Source of the DNA: Armatimonadota bacterium
Lineage (GTDB): Bacteria; Armatimonadota; HRBIN16
DNA: 64,000 nt
Reading direction: 5' to 3'
Assembly (NCBI GenBank): GCA_963677485.1
Contig: OY781964.1
Coordinates: forward strand, 1,696,001 to 1,760,000
The position numbers were made by a program, and so were the translations under genes. The notes under the pieces are model-generated. The model ran no database searches. It saw only the letters and a program-made list of their open reading frames with translations, and had not been told where the DNA came from. This document shows, piece by piece, positions 38,901 through 47,282 of the stretch (position 1 is the stretch's first letter; each line of letters begins with the position of its first letter).

Positions 38901-39139
38901 GCTTGATCTCCAGCGACTGGAAAATCAGCCGAGGGGTGTTCAGTTGGGCCATCGAAGTACCCGCTAACACCACCGCCACCATCTACGTGCCCACTACGGA
39001 CGCGGCAGGGATCACCGAAAGCGGTCGACTGGCAGTGGAATCGCCTGGTGTGCGGCTCGTGAAGGACGAGGGCGGCGTGGTGCAGTTCGAGCTTGGCTCA
39101 GGCCGCTACGCCTTCAAGTCGACGGTAGCCAGGGAGTAG
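35903..39139 (+). CDS. GH78 alpha-L-rhamnosidase
   Basis: Signal peptide; FDMGQNMVGW, FTYHGFRF, PTDCPQRDERQGWFGD and GATTIWELWN. Confidence 0.93.
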   Translation: MLRRIAIGVILMSSLSVSAAPKGIEIHSLKCEYRTNPLSVDVLAPRLSWSIQAEERAVKQSKYQILVASDPKLLTKNIGDLWDTGEVVSDVCTHLPYSGKKLVSGQMCYWKVRMWDQNGRSSGWSKPASWSMGLLQPSDWKAQWIGLDGGENPDTFAQAQWMWLADDTAKVGANRCFRRSVMIPADRELIGARITIGTHSTFSVSINGQSICNGARTIFTPASEIDVESYLKPGLNAIAIEASCCDPNVEPSGIICALSAEFDTGAPMLVTSNSEWKVSKRRMAGWDMPDFDDSKWVSVKEFGTNDHAPFNRVQGDDYRRLSARMLRRDFDVPKKLTRATAYICGLGLSELYLNGRKVGDHVLSPGLTDYNKRSLYVTYDVTKNIKQGANAVGVILGNGRYFAPRNSAPTTTFSYGYPKLLLQMEMEYDDGSRDTVVSDASWKLTTDGPILANNEYDGEVYDARKEMPGWNTAGFDSSAWQPAQLVEAPKGIMCSEIAEPIKVMDTVNPIAITSPRPGVYIFDMGQNMVGWCKLKVKGPRGTKVYMQHAEKLQHNGELYLENLRSAKVTDRYTLKGTGTEVYEPRFTYHGFRFVEVSGYPGKPDLSAIEGVVIHDSMAEVGSFECSNPLVNKIYHNIYWGIRGNYRSIPTDCPQRDERQGWFGDRAQVSRGEMYVFDTAAMHTKWMTDIRDSQKEDGSIPDLAPAYWAFYTNSVTFPTLAFSIPGHLYRAYGDKQILEHQYDAIKRWTDMMRVKLNGDIMPPDTYGDWCVPPESREMIWSNDAMRVTDKELVASAYFYYNLQQLAYFASVLGNDADVKLYGEIAARMKVAFNAKWLKPVEGVYDNGNQTSCILPLAFGLVPDANRKQIVDHLVSKILVDAKGHVGTGMIGCQWLMRVLTDNGWPDVAHRLATNTTYPSWGYMIKKGATTIWELWNGDTGDPLMDSGNHVMQIGDLCTWLYEYVAGIAPDDNVPGFKHTIMRPVMTDYFTSAKATHMSMYGLISSDWKISRGVFSWAIEVPANTTATIYVPTTDAAGITESGRLAVESPGVRLVKDEGGVVQFELGSGRYAFKSTVARE

Positions 39140-39150
39140 GTTCTGGAAAT

Positions 39151-39183
39151 CGGGTAAGGAGGCCTCTCGGGCTTCCTTACCCG
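39151..39183 (+). terminator. Hairpin after GH78
   Basis: CGGGTAAGGAGGCC-TCTC-GGGCTTCCTTACCCG; weak U-tract. Confidence 0.55.
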
Positions 39184-39199
39184 TATGTTGCATCCACTG

Positions 39200-39366
39200 C
39201 CGCGCCCTAAAGGACACGGCTTCTTATACGAAAAGCCCGTTGAAACGGGCTGGTCTACTGTGCGTCCGATTTTGGGGTGCGATCGCAACTCACATTCCGA
39301 CAAAGAATTCCGGCAGACGGCTTTAGCCGGCTTTTCGGATAATAAGCCGTGTCCTTTAGGGCGCGG
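39200..39366. repeat. Inverted-repeat element (family D)
   Basis: CCGCGCCCTAAAGGACACGGCTT ... AAGCCGTGTCCTTTAGGGCGCGG with internal hairpins; degenerate half near 63538. Confidence 0.8.
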
Positions 39367-39431
39367 GGCAAGCAGCTGAACAAGACAACCGAATCAGTAT
39401 GGCGAATCCCACCAACCGCAAGGAGCAGCCG

Positions 39432-41723
39432 TTGCAGAACAAGAAACTCGCCCAGTGGGTCACGGCCCAGACGAACAACCCCAACGCCTCCACCATCAGG
39501 TTCCACATGAGCGGGGAGCTGCCATCGGAGTTTGGCATCGCGATGCTGCGCGTGGTGGCCAGTGACCTCTACCGAGTGTGGCTGAACGACCAGCCGGTGG
39601 GCATCAGCGAGGACTGGCAAGGCGCGAACTGGCGTGTGACCGGCATCGCGAAACCCGGCTTGAATACCATCGAGGTCGAAGTTCGCGCGCGCCAACAGCC
39701 ACCGCTCTACGAAGCCAGTTTTCTGTGTGAGCTGGCCGTGGCGGATAAGCAGGGCGTGAAACAGGCACAGATACTTAGCGATGAGCACACCAGCACCGAT
39801 CAGGGCACACCACGGCTGGCGAAATCCAGCTTCGTGGAAGAGTGGATCGACTATCTGCCTGCCTGGATTGACGACATGCTGGACGAGGGCCTCGCACCCA
39901 CCCGCACTTTGCTGAGCGTCAACACCACAGCTCAAAAGGTGCTATATGAGCTCGATCAGCCGATCGAGCTGGAGGTGTCCATTCACACATTTGATCGCCT
40001 CACCGACACCCCGGTGAAGCTTGAGCTGGAGGAGTGGAACGGCAAGCGTATCCGCCTACCATCCGTCCTATGCAAGCCTGATGCCACGGTGATGTTGCCA
40101 CCAATACCCGAGGGCCTCTACCGCCTGACCGCGAAATGCGGCAGCCTCACGGGCACCGCCGCTTTCGCCGTAGTGCCGCAAGGCCAGACCACCATCTCCT
40201 CGCTGCTGTCCAAACTCAAGCCGTATACCCACCGCAAGCAGATGCTGGGTCTGAACGGCAACGCGCTGGTGGTGCGAAATCCCGCCGCACTCTGGAGCTT
40301 CCGCGAGATGGACATCAACCTACTGGTGGCGCATATCATGCCGATCTACACGCAGAACGGCCTGTGCGATGACCTGTTCGCCTACTGCCAGGCGACCGGC
40401 ACCCGCTTCACGATGAACGTGGAGGCACCGAACTTCGCTTTGATGAGCGACGCCACCGATGGCAAGAACAGCTACGAGGCCGCGGGTGGCTGTCATCGAT
40501 GGGATGTGGACCCCGATACGCTGCGCAAAGCCGCAGCGACAGGGCTGTTTGAGGGCGTGACCTACGACGAATCGGAGCACATGCAGCTCAGCCGTAACGC
40601 CTACAGCCAACAGCCCGAACCCAACCGTAAGCCCTACTTCGTGGAAACCACGGGACTGAGCCTGCCCGAAGCTTATGTCACCTTCAAGAAGGCGGTCAGC
40701 CGGTTGGTGAGACGAAACCGGCGGTATGGCGCCGTCATGCAGGAGGAGGCGGTGTTCCCAGCCCTGTGGCATCCGATGGCGGAGTGCGGTATGACCCTCG
40801 TACCGAAGCTATTGAAGGAGGACGCACATCCTGTGGTTCTGGCGGAGGCACTGGGGGCCGCCATCCAGCATGGTGCGAAGCTGTGGTTCAGTCCGGACCT
40901 CTGGCATTACGCGTCTCTGCCCGGACACAATGCGCCTGACATGCCTGGTCACAGTGCGCGCCACCTGCAGATGGCACTGCGATGCTGCCATCTGGCCGGC
41001 GTGGACACTTGCTACGTGGAATATGCCACCAAGCTGTTCTCGCAGAACGGCAGCGGCTACCGTCTGACGCCGCATGGGCAGGTGTTGAAAGAGCATATCA
41101 CCAGGTGGCTTTCCGCCCACCCACGCAGCTACAGCTACACCGATTACCAACCCGAGGTGGTAATCGTGCGCTTCCCTGACAGCGACTGGGGGCAATCGAG
41201 CTGCTATTACCCCGACTATCTGTATGGAGCCATGAACCTGCACTCCAGCCCGGAAACACGCGAGCACATGCAGGTGTGGTCGCTATTGACCGACGGGGTG
41301 CTGGACGGCCGCGTGGTGAACTTCAACGGGGAGCGAGATGCGCATCTGCGCCTATATCAGCCCTGGCGGTTCAGCATACCCAGTCCGGCTGTGGTGGTCT
41401 TCGACCACAATGTGGGGTTGAAGCATCTGAAGGGCATCGGGGTGATCTTCGCTTGCGGCATTGAGCTGTCGGAGGCGACGATGGCTGCCTTGCAAAGCTG
41501 CGTGAAGGCGGGGGCTGTCTGCTTCATCAGCCAGCATCTGGCACCCACTCAGCTGCAGCAGGCGGTGGATGGTTCTTCGGTGCGCATCCCCGAAGGCAAG
41601 GGCAGTTGGGTAGTGATGAGCGGCTTCACCACCGATGTGATGCAGCCTTACCGGCAGCTTCTGCCGAAGAACGACGGCTCTATGTGGCTGCGGTTCAAGA
41701 ACCGGCGGGTGAAGCTGGGGTAG
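39432..41723 (+). CDS. Uncharacterised putative glycoside hydrolase, paralog of 15046..17889
   Basis: TTG start after AAGGAG aligns with the paralog start; ends WLRFKNRRVKLG*. Confidence 0.8.
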   Translation: MQNKKLAQWVTAQTNNPNASTIRFHMSGELPSEFGIAMLRVVASDLYRVWLNDQPVGISEDWQGANWRVTGIAKPGLNTIEVEVRARQQPPLYEASFLCELAVADKQGVKQAQILSDEHTSTDQGTPRLAKSSFVEEWIDYLPAWIDDMLDEGLAPTRTLLSVNTTAQKVLYELDQPIELEVSIHTFDRLTDTPVKLELEEWNGKRIRLPSVLCKPDATVMLPPIPEGLYRLTAKCGSLTGTAAFAVVPQGQTTISSLLSKLKPYTHRKQMLGLNGNALVVRNPAALWSFREMDINLLVAHIMPIYTQNGLCDDLFAYCQATGTRFTMNVEAPNFALMSDATDGKNSYEAAGGCHRWDVDPDTLRKAAATGLFEGVTYDESEHMQLSRNAYSQQPEPNRKPYFVETTGLSLPEAYVTFKKAVSRLVRRNRRYGAVMQEEAVFPALWHPMAECGMTLVPKLLKEDAHPVVLAEALGAAIQHGAKLWFSPDLWHYASLPGHNAPDMPGHSARHLQMALRCCHLAGVDTCYVEYATKLFSQNGSGYRLTPHGQVLKEHITRWLSAHPRSYSYTDYQPEVVIVRFPDSDWGQSSCYYPDYLYGAMNLHSSPETREHMQVWSLLTDGVLDGRVVNFNGERDAHLRLYQPWRFSIPSPAVVVFDHNVGLKHLKGIGVIFACGIELSEATMAALQSCVKAGAVCFISQHLAPTQLQQAVDGSSVRIPEGKGSWVVMSGFTTDVMQPYRQLLPKNDGSMWLRFKNRRVKLG

Positions 41724-41744
41724 AGCGGGCGCTTCGTAACCATC

Positions 41745-41788
41745 TCGACCACGATTCCGCGACATAAATGTCGCGGAATCGTGGTCGA
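41745..41788. repeat. 44-bp near-perfect palindrome between convergent genes (family E)
   Basis: TCGACCACGATTCCGCGACAT-AA-ATGTCGCGGAATCGTGGTCGA; core CCGCGACAT.AATGTC.CGG also near 53923 and 63475. Confidence 0.85.
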
Positions 41789-41931
41789 TACTATCCCAAT
41801 CTGGATTTGTGGGTAGTTAACTGTGCTTTAGCGCGTGGTAGGGCAGGAATAAATCGTCATGCAACGGCAAAACCCCACGCACAGATTTATGGGTAATGGA
41901 ATGGCATTTATACCGCGGAACAGGCCGCATA

Positions 41932-44046
41932 CTACTGACTCGGCAACCGCACCGTAGTCTTCACCGGCCAACTGGCTCGGTCGGGGTGCTTGTATAGCCC
42001 GATTTTGTCAAATGGGATCGGTTTGAAACCGAGTTTCCATGCTGGGGATTCCGGCTTCAGGTTAAAGTTATGCCTCATCGCGTTCACGAACAGCGGGTCC
42101 TGGTCCAGCAGATTGTCCTTGAAGCTCACGGCGGAAGCGGCGGCACCTTCGATATTCGTCCATTTACCGCCCAAGCAGATGTTTCGTATCACTTTGATAT
42201 TCCTGGGTGACATCGGCTCCTCGTTCAGTATATTCAGCAGCTCGGGATAGCGCGTGCGCCAGAGTTCACTTTGGTAGGGCATCGCATTCAGCGACTCGAC
42301 GAGACCGTCTCTACTGCCCGCAGCCCAGTTCGTGCCGCGCGCATCCACCTGGATGGCGGGGTTGCATTCCACATAGATGTTGTTCTCAATCGTGCTGTCG
42401 CGCCCGCCGCCTATGAAGGAAGCGTTAGGCACGCGGTAATGGACATTGCCGTAGATATTCGCCGAACAGAACTGGTCGTCTAGATAGACACCGACGCATC
42501 CTTTACCCTTGAGGCCGTAGATGTCGTGGATGTAGTTGTACCTGATCTGGTTCCCACGCATGGTCCAGTTTCGACCGCCATAGATCACGCCCGCGTCGTT
42601 CGATTCATACACCACGCTGTGAATCTCGTTGTATTCGATGATGTGGTCATTCCCGCTGAGGCCGATGGCCATGTGCGGGGAGTCATTGATGAGGTTGTGG
42701 GCTACCCTGGTGCCGACACCGTAGAGGTTGACGGCGGGATGGTAGATGGGGTTCCATCGGGCGAATTTATAGATGTGGCAGTTCTCAACGCTATGACCCG
42801 ATGGCGTCAGGCTGGCCCGGTCGCCGGCATTGACATTGACGCCGCCATCGCCCAGATTATACATGTCGCAGCCGAAGACCTCGTGTTTTTGGCCGCCATC
42901 GATGTTGATCGCCGCACTACCCAGATTGCGCAGGGTGCATCTGGCGATGCGGATGTGTTCGCCACGGGTGATGTTAATGCCGCTCTTCTGAGCGCACTCA
43001 AACGTCAGCCCCTGCAGGTTGACATATGACACGCTGCCCATCGACACCGAGTTATCCAGCACTGAGACCATGAGCTTGCCCTTGTTCAGCGGCTGGGGAG
43101 GCCAGAAGTAGAGGATGCCCTTCTGCCTGTCGAGATACCACTCACCGGGATTGTCCAGCTCCGACAGCGCGTTGTAGACGTAATACCACTGCCCCTTGCG
43201 GAAGCCGAACGGGTGCATGGGCGGGTTTTCCAGCGTGATAGTTTTGGTGCTGGTGTCAATCGACTGAACGCGGAAGCGCTGGTCGGCCCAGTCCCACATC
43301 CAGTAACCGTCGGCCATTAGGCCGAGCTCATTTAGCCAGCGTGAAGGGCGGTCGCCTTCGTAGGTGAAGATGCCCTCTTTGGTGCCCTTGGTGCCGCGGA
43401 TGTCCATCTCATTCGGGCCTTTGACGTCCACCATCTTTGCGTAGCCCTCATTGGGCCAGCGGGAGAGCGTCATCGGCTGGTCGGCGAAGAACACCTCAAG
43501 CCCCACCTCTGAGTTGGCCCAGGTCGGGGAGCTCGTCATCGGCGGGTATTTCGTGATGCCCTGCTCCTTCAGACTGGTGCAGAGCACGTGCCCTCGCGCT
43601 GAGGGGTCAAGCCTGGCCAGCACCGCGGGTTCCGTCACTGGTTTGAAACCGGTGATCACTTTACCGCCAACCAGCCGGACCGTCTGGCCCTTCGCCGCTC
43701 GGTATGTGATCGGCGAGGCCGCTGTGCCCGAATCCTCACCGCTGAGCTCGAAGGTACGTGTGAGCTCGTAGATACCGCCTTTGATCTCCACCGTCACTCC
43801 GCCTTGGGGTAGAACGGCCTTCTTCAGCACCCGAACCCGATTGCGGGCTCCCTCCAGACTGGCTACTGGACCGTCGGTGCGTGCTCTGTTCGGCGCTGAG
43901 CTCCGCCCGCTCCAGGCGTCGTTGCCCGATGGGGAGACGTATATGGTGCTATTGGGTGCCGGTTTCGCGGGGGTAGCCACTCCGGCTCCAAAGCTCAGGG
44001 CTATCATCATGGCCATCTCCAGCATATTCGCAGCGCTTCGTTTCAT
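41932..44046 (-). CDS. Secreted right-handed beta-helix protein (GH141-like)
   Basis: YVSPSGNDAWSG, ELDNPGEWY, NDAGVIY and GVYLDD. Confidence 0.8.
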   Translation of the reverse strand: MKRSAANMLEMAMMIALSFGAGVATPAKPAPNSTIYVSPSGNDAWSGRSSAPNRARTDGPVASLEGARNRVRVLKKAVLPQGGVTVEIKGGIYELTRTFELSGEDSGTAASPITYRAAKGQTVRLVGGKVITGFKPVTEPAVLARLDPSARGHVLCTSLKEQGITKYPPMTSSPTWANSEVGLEVFFADQPMTLSRWPNEGYAKMVDVKGPNEMDIRGTKGTKEGIFTYEGDRPSRWLNELGLMADGYWMWDWADQRFRVQSIDTSTKTITLENPPMHPFGFRKGQWYYVYNALSELDNPGEWYLDRQKGILYFWPPQPLNKGKLMVSVLDNSVSMGSVSYVNLQGLTFECAQKSGINITRGEHIRIARCTLRNLGSAAINIDGGQKHEVFGCDMYNLGDGGVNVNAGDRASLTPSGHSVENCHIYKFARWNPIYHPAVNLYGVGTRVAHNLINDSPHMAIGLSGNDHIIEYNEIHSVVYESNDAGVIYGGRNWTMRGNQIRYNYIHDIYGLKGKGCVGVYLDDQFCSANIYGNVHYRVPNASFIGGGRDSTIENNIYVECNPAIQVDARGTNWAAGSRDGLVESLNAMPYQSELWRTRYPELLNILNEEPMSPRNIKVIRNICLGGKWTNIEGAAASAVSFKDNLLDQDPLFVNAMRHNFNLKPESPAWKLGFKPIPFDKIGLYKHPDRASWPVKTTVRLPSQ

Positions 44047-44337
44047 TGGGGTGCTCCTCTTCGGGTGATTGCATTCATAGCTATATTATCTGCTAAATGC
44101 TGTTAATATGCCTGCCGCGGGGGGTAGAGGTGGCTATTTCACTGCGGGTTGCACTTTTATCTGAGCCACGGACTACGCGGATGGCACGGATGGGTTCGGA
44201 TGGGAAGGGTATAATCAAGATACACATACCTGTCAGATGGGGGGCCACAGTCGCATACCAATAGCCAGACAAACAGGCGAAGTGAAGCTTCACGCACAGC
44301 ATCTGTAGGCGTCGCCCGTAAGTTTCAGGCGTGTGCG

Positions 44338-44595
44338 TTGAAATGGAAAACTGAAACCTCGCATATGTCATCGGTCAGTGACATCACATCGCATCCTACC
44401 TACCTGGAGATCATTGAAATGGGCAGTGTTGTGGTCCCTTTGATCATTCGCGACCTTGTGTTGGAGGATGGCGACTGGTTTACTGCGTTATATGTCATCA
44501 CTGGTGAGAACCCTGTGAAGCCTGAGGACGCAGGGAAATTGGGCAAAATGCGCGATGCGTGGGTTGACTGGGCCAAAACACGAGGGATTTCATAG
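44338..44595 (+). CDS. Small conserved hypothetical helical protein (start uncertain)
   Basis: HPTYLEIIEMG..VVPLII..L...WFTALYVITGENPV...AWVDWAK resembles a recurrent small family; the frame is open from about 44215 without an ATG. Confidence 0.6.
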   Translation: MKWKTETSHMSSVSDITSHPTYLEIIEMGSVVVPLIIRDLVLEDGDWFTALYVITGENPVKPEDAGKLGKMRDAWVDWAKTRGIS

Positions 44596-44603
44596 ACGCG
44601 GCG

Positions 44604-44697
44604 ATGGGTGATCTTTTTAGCAGGCTTAAGCCATATTTTCCACATCTGACAGAGCAAATACGGCGATGTCTTTCAGTTGATGAAGCGCAAGGTGTAG
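44604..44697 (+). pseudogene. Internally deleted partner gene remnant (DUF7689-like)
   Basis: N-terminal MGDLFSRLKPYFPHLTE joined out of frame to a C-terminal-like YGDVFQLMKRKV* (44659-44697). Confidence 0.4.
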
Positions 44698-44869
44698 ACG
44701 GACTTCTTTTCCAGCACAACACACATCCACAGCGTATGGTTCTAAATGACCATGCCTCCCCATCCCTGTTTTTACACCAGAACTCTGTGTAGCCAACCAT
44801 TTTTAACCCACAGGATGGCAACTTACACCACCCGGTGGGTTTCATGGCTTACGGATTTCTAGTAGTACC

Positions 44870-46996
44870 TCAGTCTCCCCTCGCCCCGAAGTTTTGGTCG
44901 ACGACCACGTAGTCAAACAGGTTGACCTGCCCGTTACCGTCAAGGTCGGCCATGGCATCGGCTGAGCCGAACTTGGAATCCAGCACCACGAAGTCGAATA
45001 GGTTGATTTGGCCATCACCATCCGCGTCGCCGTTGGTAAGGGTAAAGTTCGCGCTCTGCCCGAGTGCCACGTTCGTTGCCTTCGCTGTCAAAAAGTGCGG
45101 ACTGCTGACTCGAATGTTATACGGCGGCTGAAGGTAGGTGGAGAGGGTGAAGTTGCCGTTGGCAGCGGGCAGCAAGCTCAGGCACTGGGTGATGCTCGTA
45201 TCAGCCGTGCAGCTCACAGAGGCAGTGAGTTGCTGCGACAATAAATTGCTGGTGAAGTTACCCAGTTGAACCATACCCGCAAGTGACTGAACACTACGGA
45301 TCGCGACTGTGTTGTAGCCTCCTGCATCGATAGCGGTAAATCCGCTGTTAGGTGCGGGCACACTGGTGTTATCACCCCAGCAGACCACGGAGCCGTCGCG
45401 CTTCAGACCGACGGTATGGCCATAGCCTGCGGAGATGGCGGTGAAGTCTTGGTTGGGTGCGGGCACGTTGCACTGGCCGTCGCGGTTCGATCCCCAGCAG
45501 ACCACGGAGCCGTCGCGCTTCAGACCGACGGTATGGTAGCTACCTGCGGATATGGCGGCGAAGTCTTGGTTGGGTGTCGGTACGTTTAAATCACCATAAT
45601 AGTTCCATCCCCAGCATACGACGGATCCGTCGCGCTTCAGGCCGATGGTATGCCGGTTTCCAGCGGAGATAGCGGTGAAGTCCTGGTTGGGTGCAGGCAC
45701 GTTCAACTGGCCGAAGGAGTTATCACCCCAGCAGACAACAGAACCATTGCTTTTCAGACCGACGGTATGGTATTCCCCTGCGGAGATGGCAGTGAAGTCA
45801 AGGTTGGGTGCAGGCACGTTCAACTGGCCGTAATTGTACAAACCCCAGCAGACTACCGAGCCATCGCGCTTCAGACCCACGGTAAACTGCTCGCCTGCGG
45901 AGATGGCAGTGAAGTCCTGGTTGGGTGCAGGCACGTTCAACTGACCACTGGAGTTATCATCGCAGGAGACTACCGAGCCATTGCGTTTCAGACCGACGAT
46001 ATGCATGGCTCCTGCTGAGATGACGGTGAAATCCTGGTTGGGTATGGGCACGTTGCACTGGCCGTCGCCGTTCCGCCCCCAGCAGACGACGGAGCCGTCA
46101 CGCTTCAGACCAACGGTATGGCAACCCCCTGCCAAAATGGCGGTGAAATCCTGGTTGGGTGCAGGTACGTTCAACTGGCCGTAGGAGTTACCACCCCAGC
46201 AGACGACGGAGCCGTCGCGCTTCAGACCGATGGTAAAGCCATAGCCTACGGAGATGGCGATGAAGTCCTGGTTGGGTGCAGGTATATTCAACTGGCCGGA
46301 TTCGTTATCACCCCAGCAGACCACCGAGCCGTCACGTTTCAATCCGACGGTATTGTAATATCCTGCTGCAATGGCGATGAAGTCCTGGTTGGGTGCAGGT
46401 ATATTCAACTGGCCGGATTCGTTATCACCCCAGCAGACCACCGAGCCGTCACGTTTCAATCCAGCCGTATGGCATTCCCCCGTTGCGATAGCGGTAAAGT
46501 CTTGGTTGGGTGCAGGCACGTTCAACTGGCTTTCGTAGTCCCAACCCCAGCAGACCACAGAACCATTACGCTTCAGACCGACGGTATGGCCATAGCCTGC
46601 GGAGATAGCGGTGAAGTCTTGGTTGGGTGCGGGCACGTTGCACTGGCCGTCGCGGTTCGATCCCCAGCAGACCACGGAGCCGTCGCGCTTCAGACCGACG
46701 GTATGGGCGTTACCGGCTGCGATGGCGGTGAAGTCCTTGTTGGGTGCGGGTACACTGGTGTTATCACCCCATATGACCACCGAGCCGTCGCGTTTCAGCC
46801 CAACGGTATGGCCATAACCTGCTGCGAGAGAGGAAAAGCCTGTGAGTTCACCTGGAATGATGCGTTGTCCTCCCCAAACCTCTATGGTGCCGCCTTGGGC
46901 GAAGCAGCAAGAGCAGGAAATGAGTAGCAGCATTACGATCAGGGTGATTCTGTAATTCGCGTTGACGTGTGGCACAATATTACCTCCGGACTTCAT
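44870..46996 (-). CDS. Secreted RCC1/BLIP-II-like repeat protein with C-terminal dockerin-like domain
   Basis: Signal peptide; about 14 blades of VPAPNQDFTAISAGxxHTVGLKRDGSVVCWGxNxxGQLN; GDADGDGQINLFDF and DLDGNGQVNLFDY. Confidence 0.9.
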   Translation of the reverse strand: MKSGGNIVPHVNANYRITLIVMLLLISCSCCFAQGGTIEVWGGQRIIPGELTGFSSLAAGYGHTVGLKRDGSVVIWGDNTSVPAPNKDFTAIAAGNAHTVGLKRDGSVVCWGSNRDGQCNVPAPNQDFTAISAGYGHTVGLKRNGSVVCWGWDYESQLNVPAPNQDFTAIATGECHTAGLKRDGSVVCWGDNESGQLNIPAPNQDFIAIAAGYYNTVGLKRDGSVVCWGDNESGQLNIPAPNQDFIAISVGYGFTIGLKRDGSVVCWGGNSYGQLNVPAPNQDFTAILAGGCHTVGLKRDGSVVCWGRNGDGQCNVPIPNQDFTVISAGAMHIVGLKRNGSVVSCDDNSSGQLNVPAPNQDFTAISAGEQFTVGLKRDGSVVCWGLYNYGQLNVPAPNLDFTAISAGEYHTVGLKSNGSVVCWGDNSFGQLNVPAPNQDFTAISAGNRHTIGLKRDGSVVCWGWNYYGDLNVPTPNQDFAAISAGSYHTVGLKRDGSVVCWGSNRDGQCNVPAPNQDFTAISAGYGHTVGLKRDGSVVCWGDNTSVPAPNSGFTAIDAGGYNTVAIRSVQSLAGMVQLGNFTSNLLSQQLTASVSCTADTSITQCLSLLPAANGNFTLSTYLQPPYNIRVSSPHFLTAKATNVALGQSANFTLTNGDADGDGQINLFDFVVLDSKFGSADAMADLDGNGQVNLFDYVVVDQNFGARGD

Positions 46997-47282
46997 TGTA
47001 AGCCTTACACTATCGTAAGAACACGGTGGGTGTTACTTCATAGTAGTCGATTATAGTTGGCATGCTTCAGATGAACCCTGTCGACTGAAACATCGGTCTG
47101 GGTTCATTATACATGTTGTATCGACAACATTATACTCGTTATTTACGTGCTTGGAAACGCCATGTAATGCCAATATCACTATATCTGAGTATTACCCCCG
47201 CGCCACGAACCCTAAAGAAGGATACCGACGTCCTGGCGTCGCAACGTAAAATCAGCACACTGAATCATCAGAGGTCAACACC

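Noticed and set aside
45300-46830. RCC1 repeats as a CRISPR array or DGR target
   Set aside because: They are in-frame coding repeats without unique spacers; variation is not limited to adenines; no cas or reverse transcriptase gene is present.
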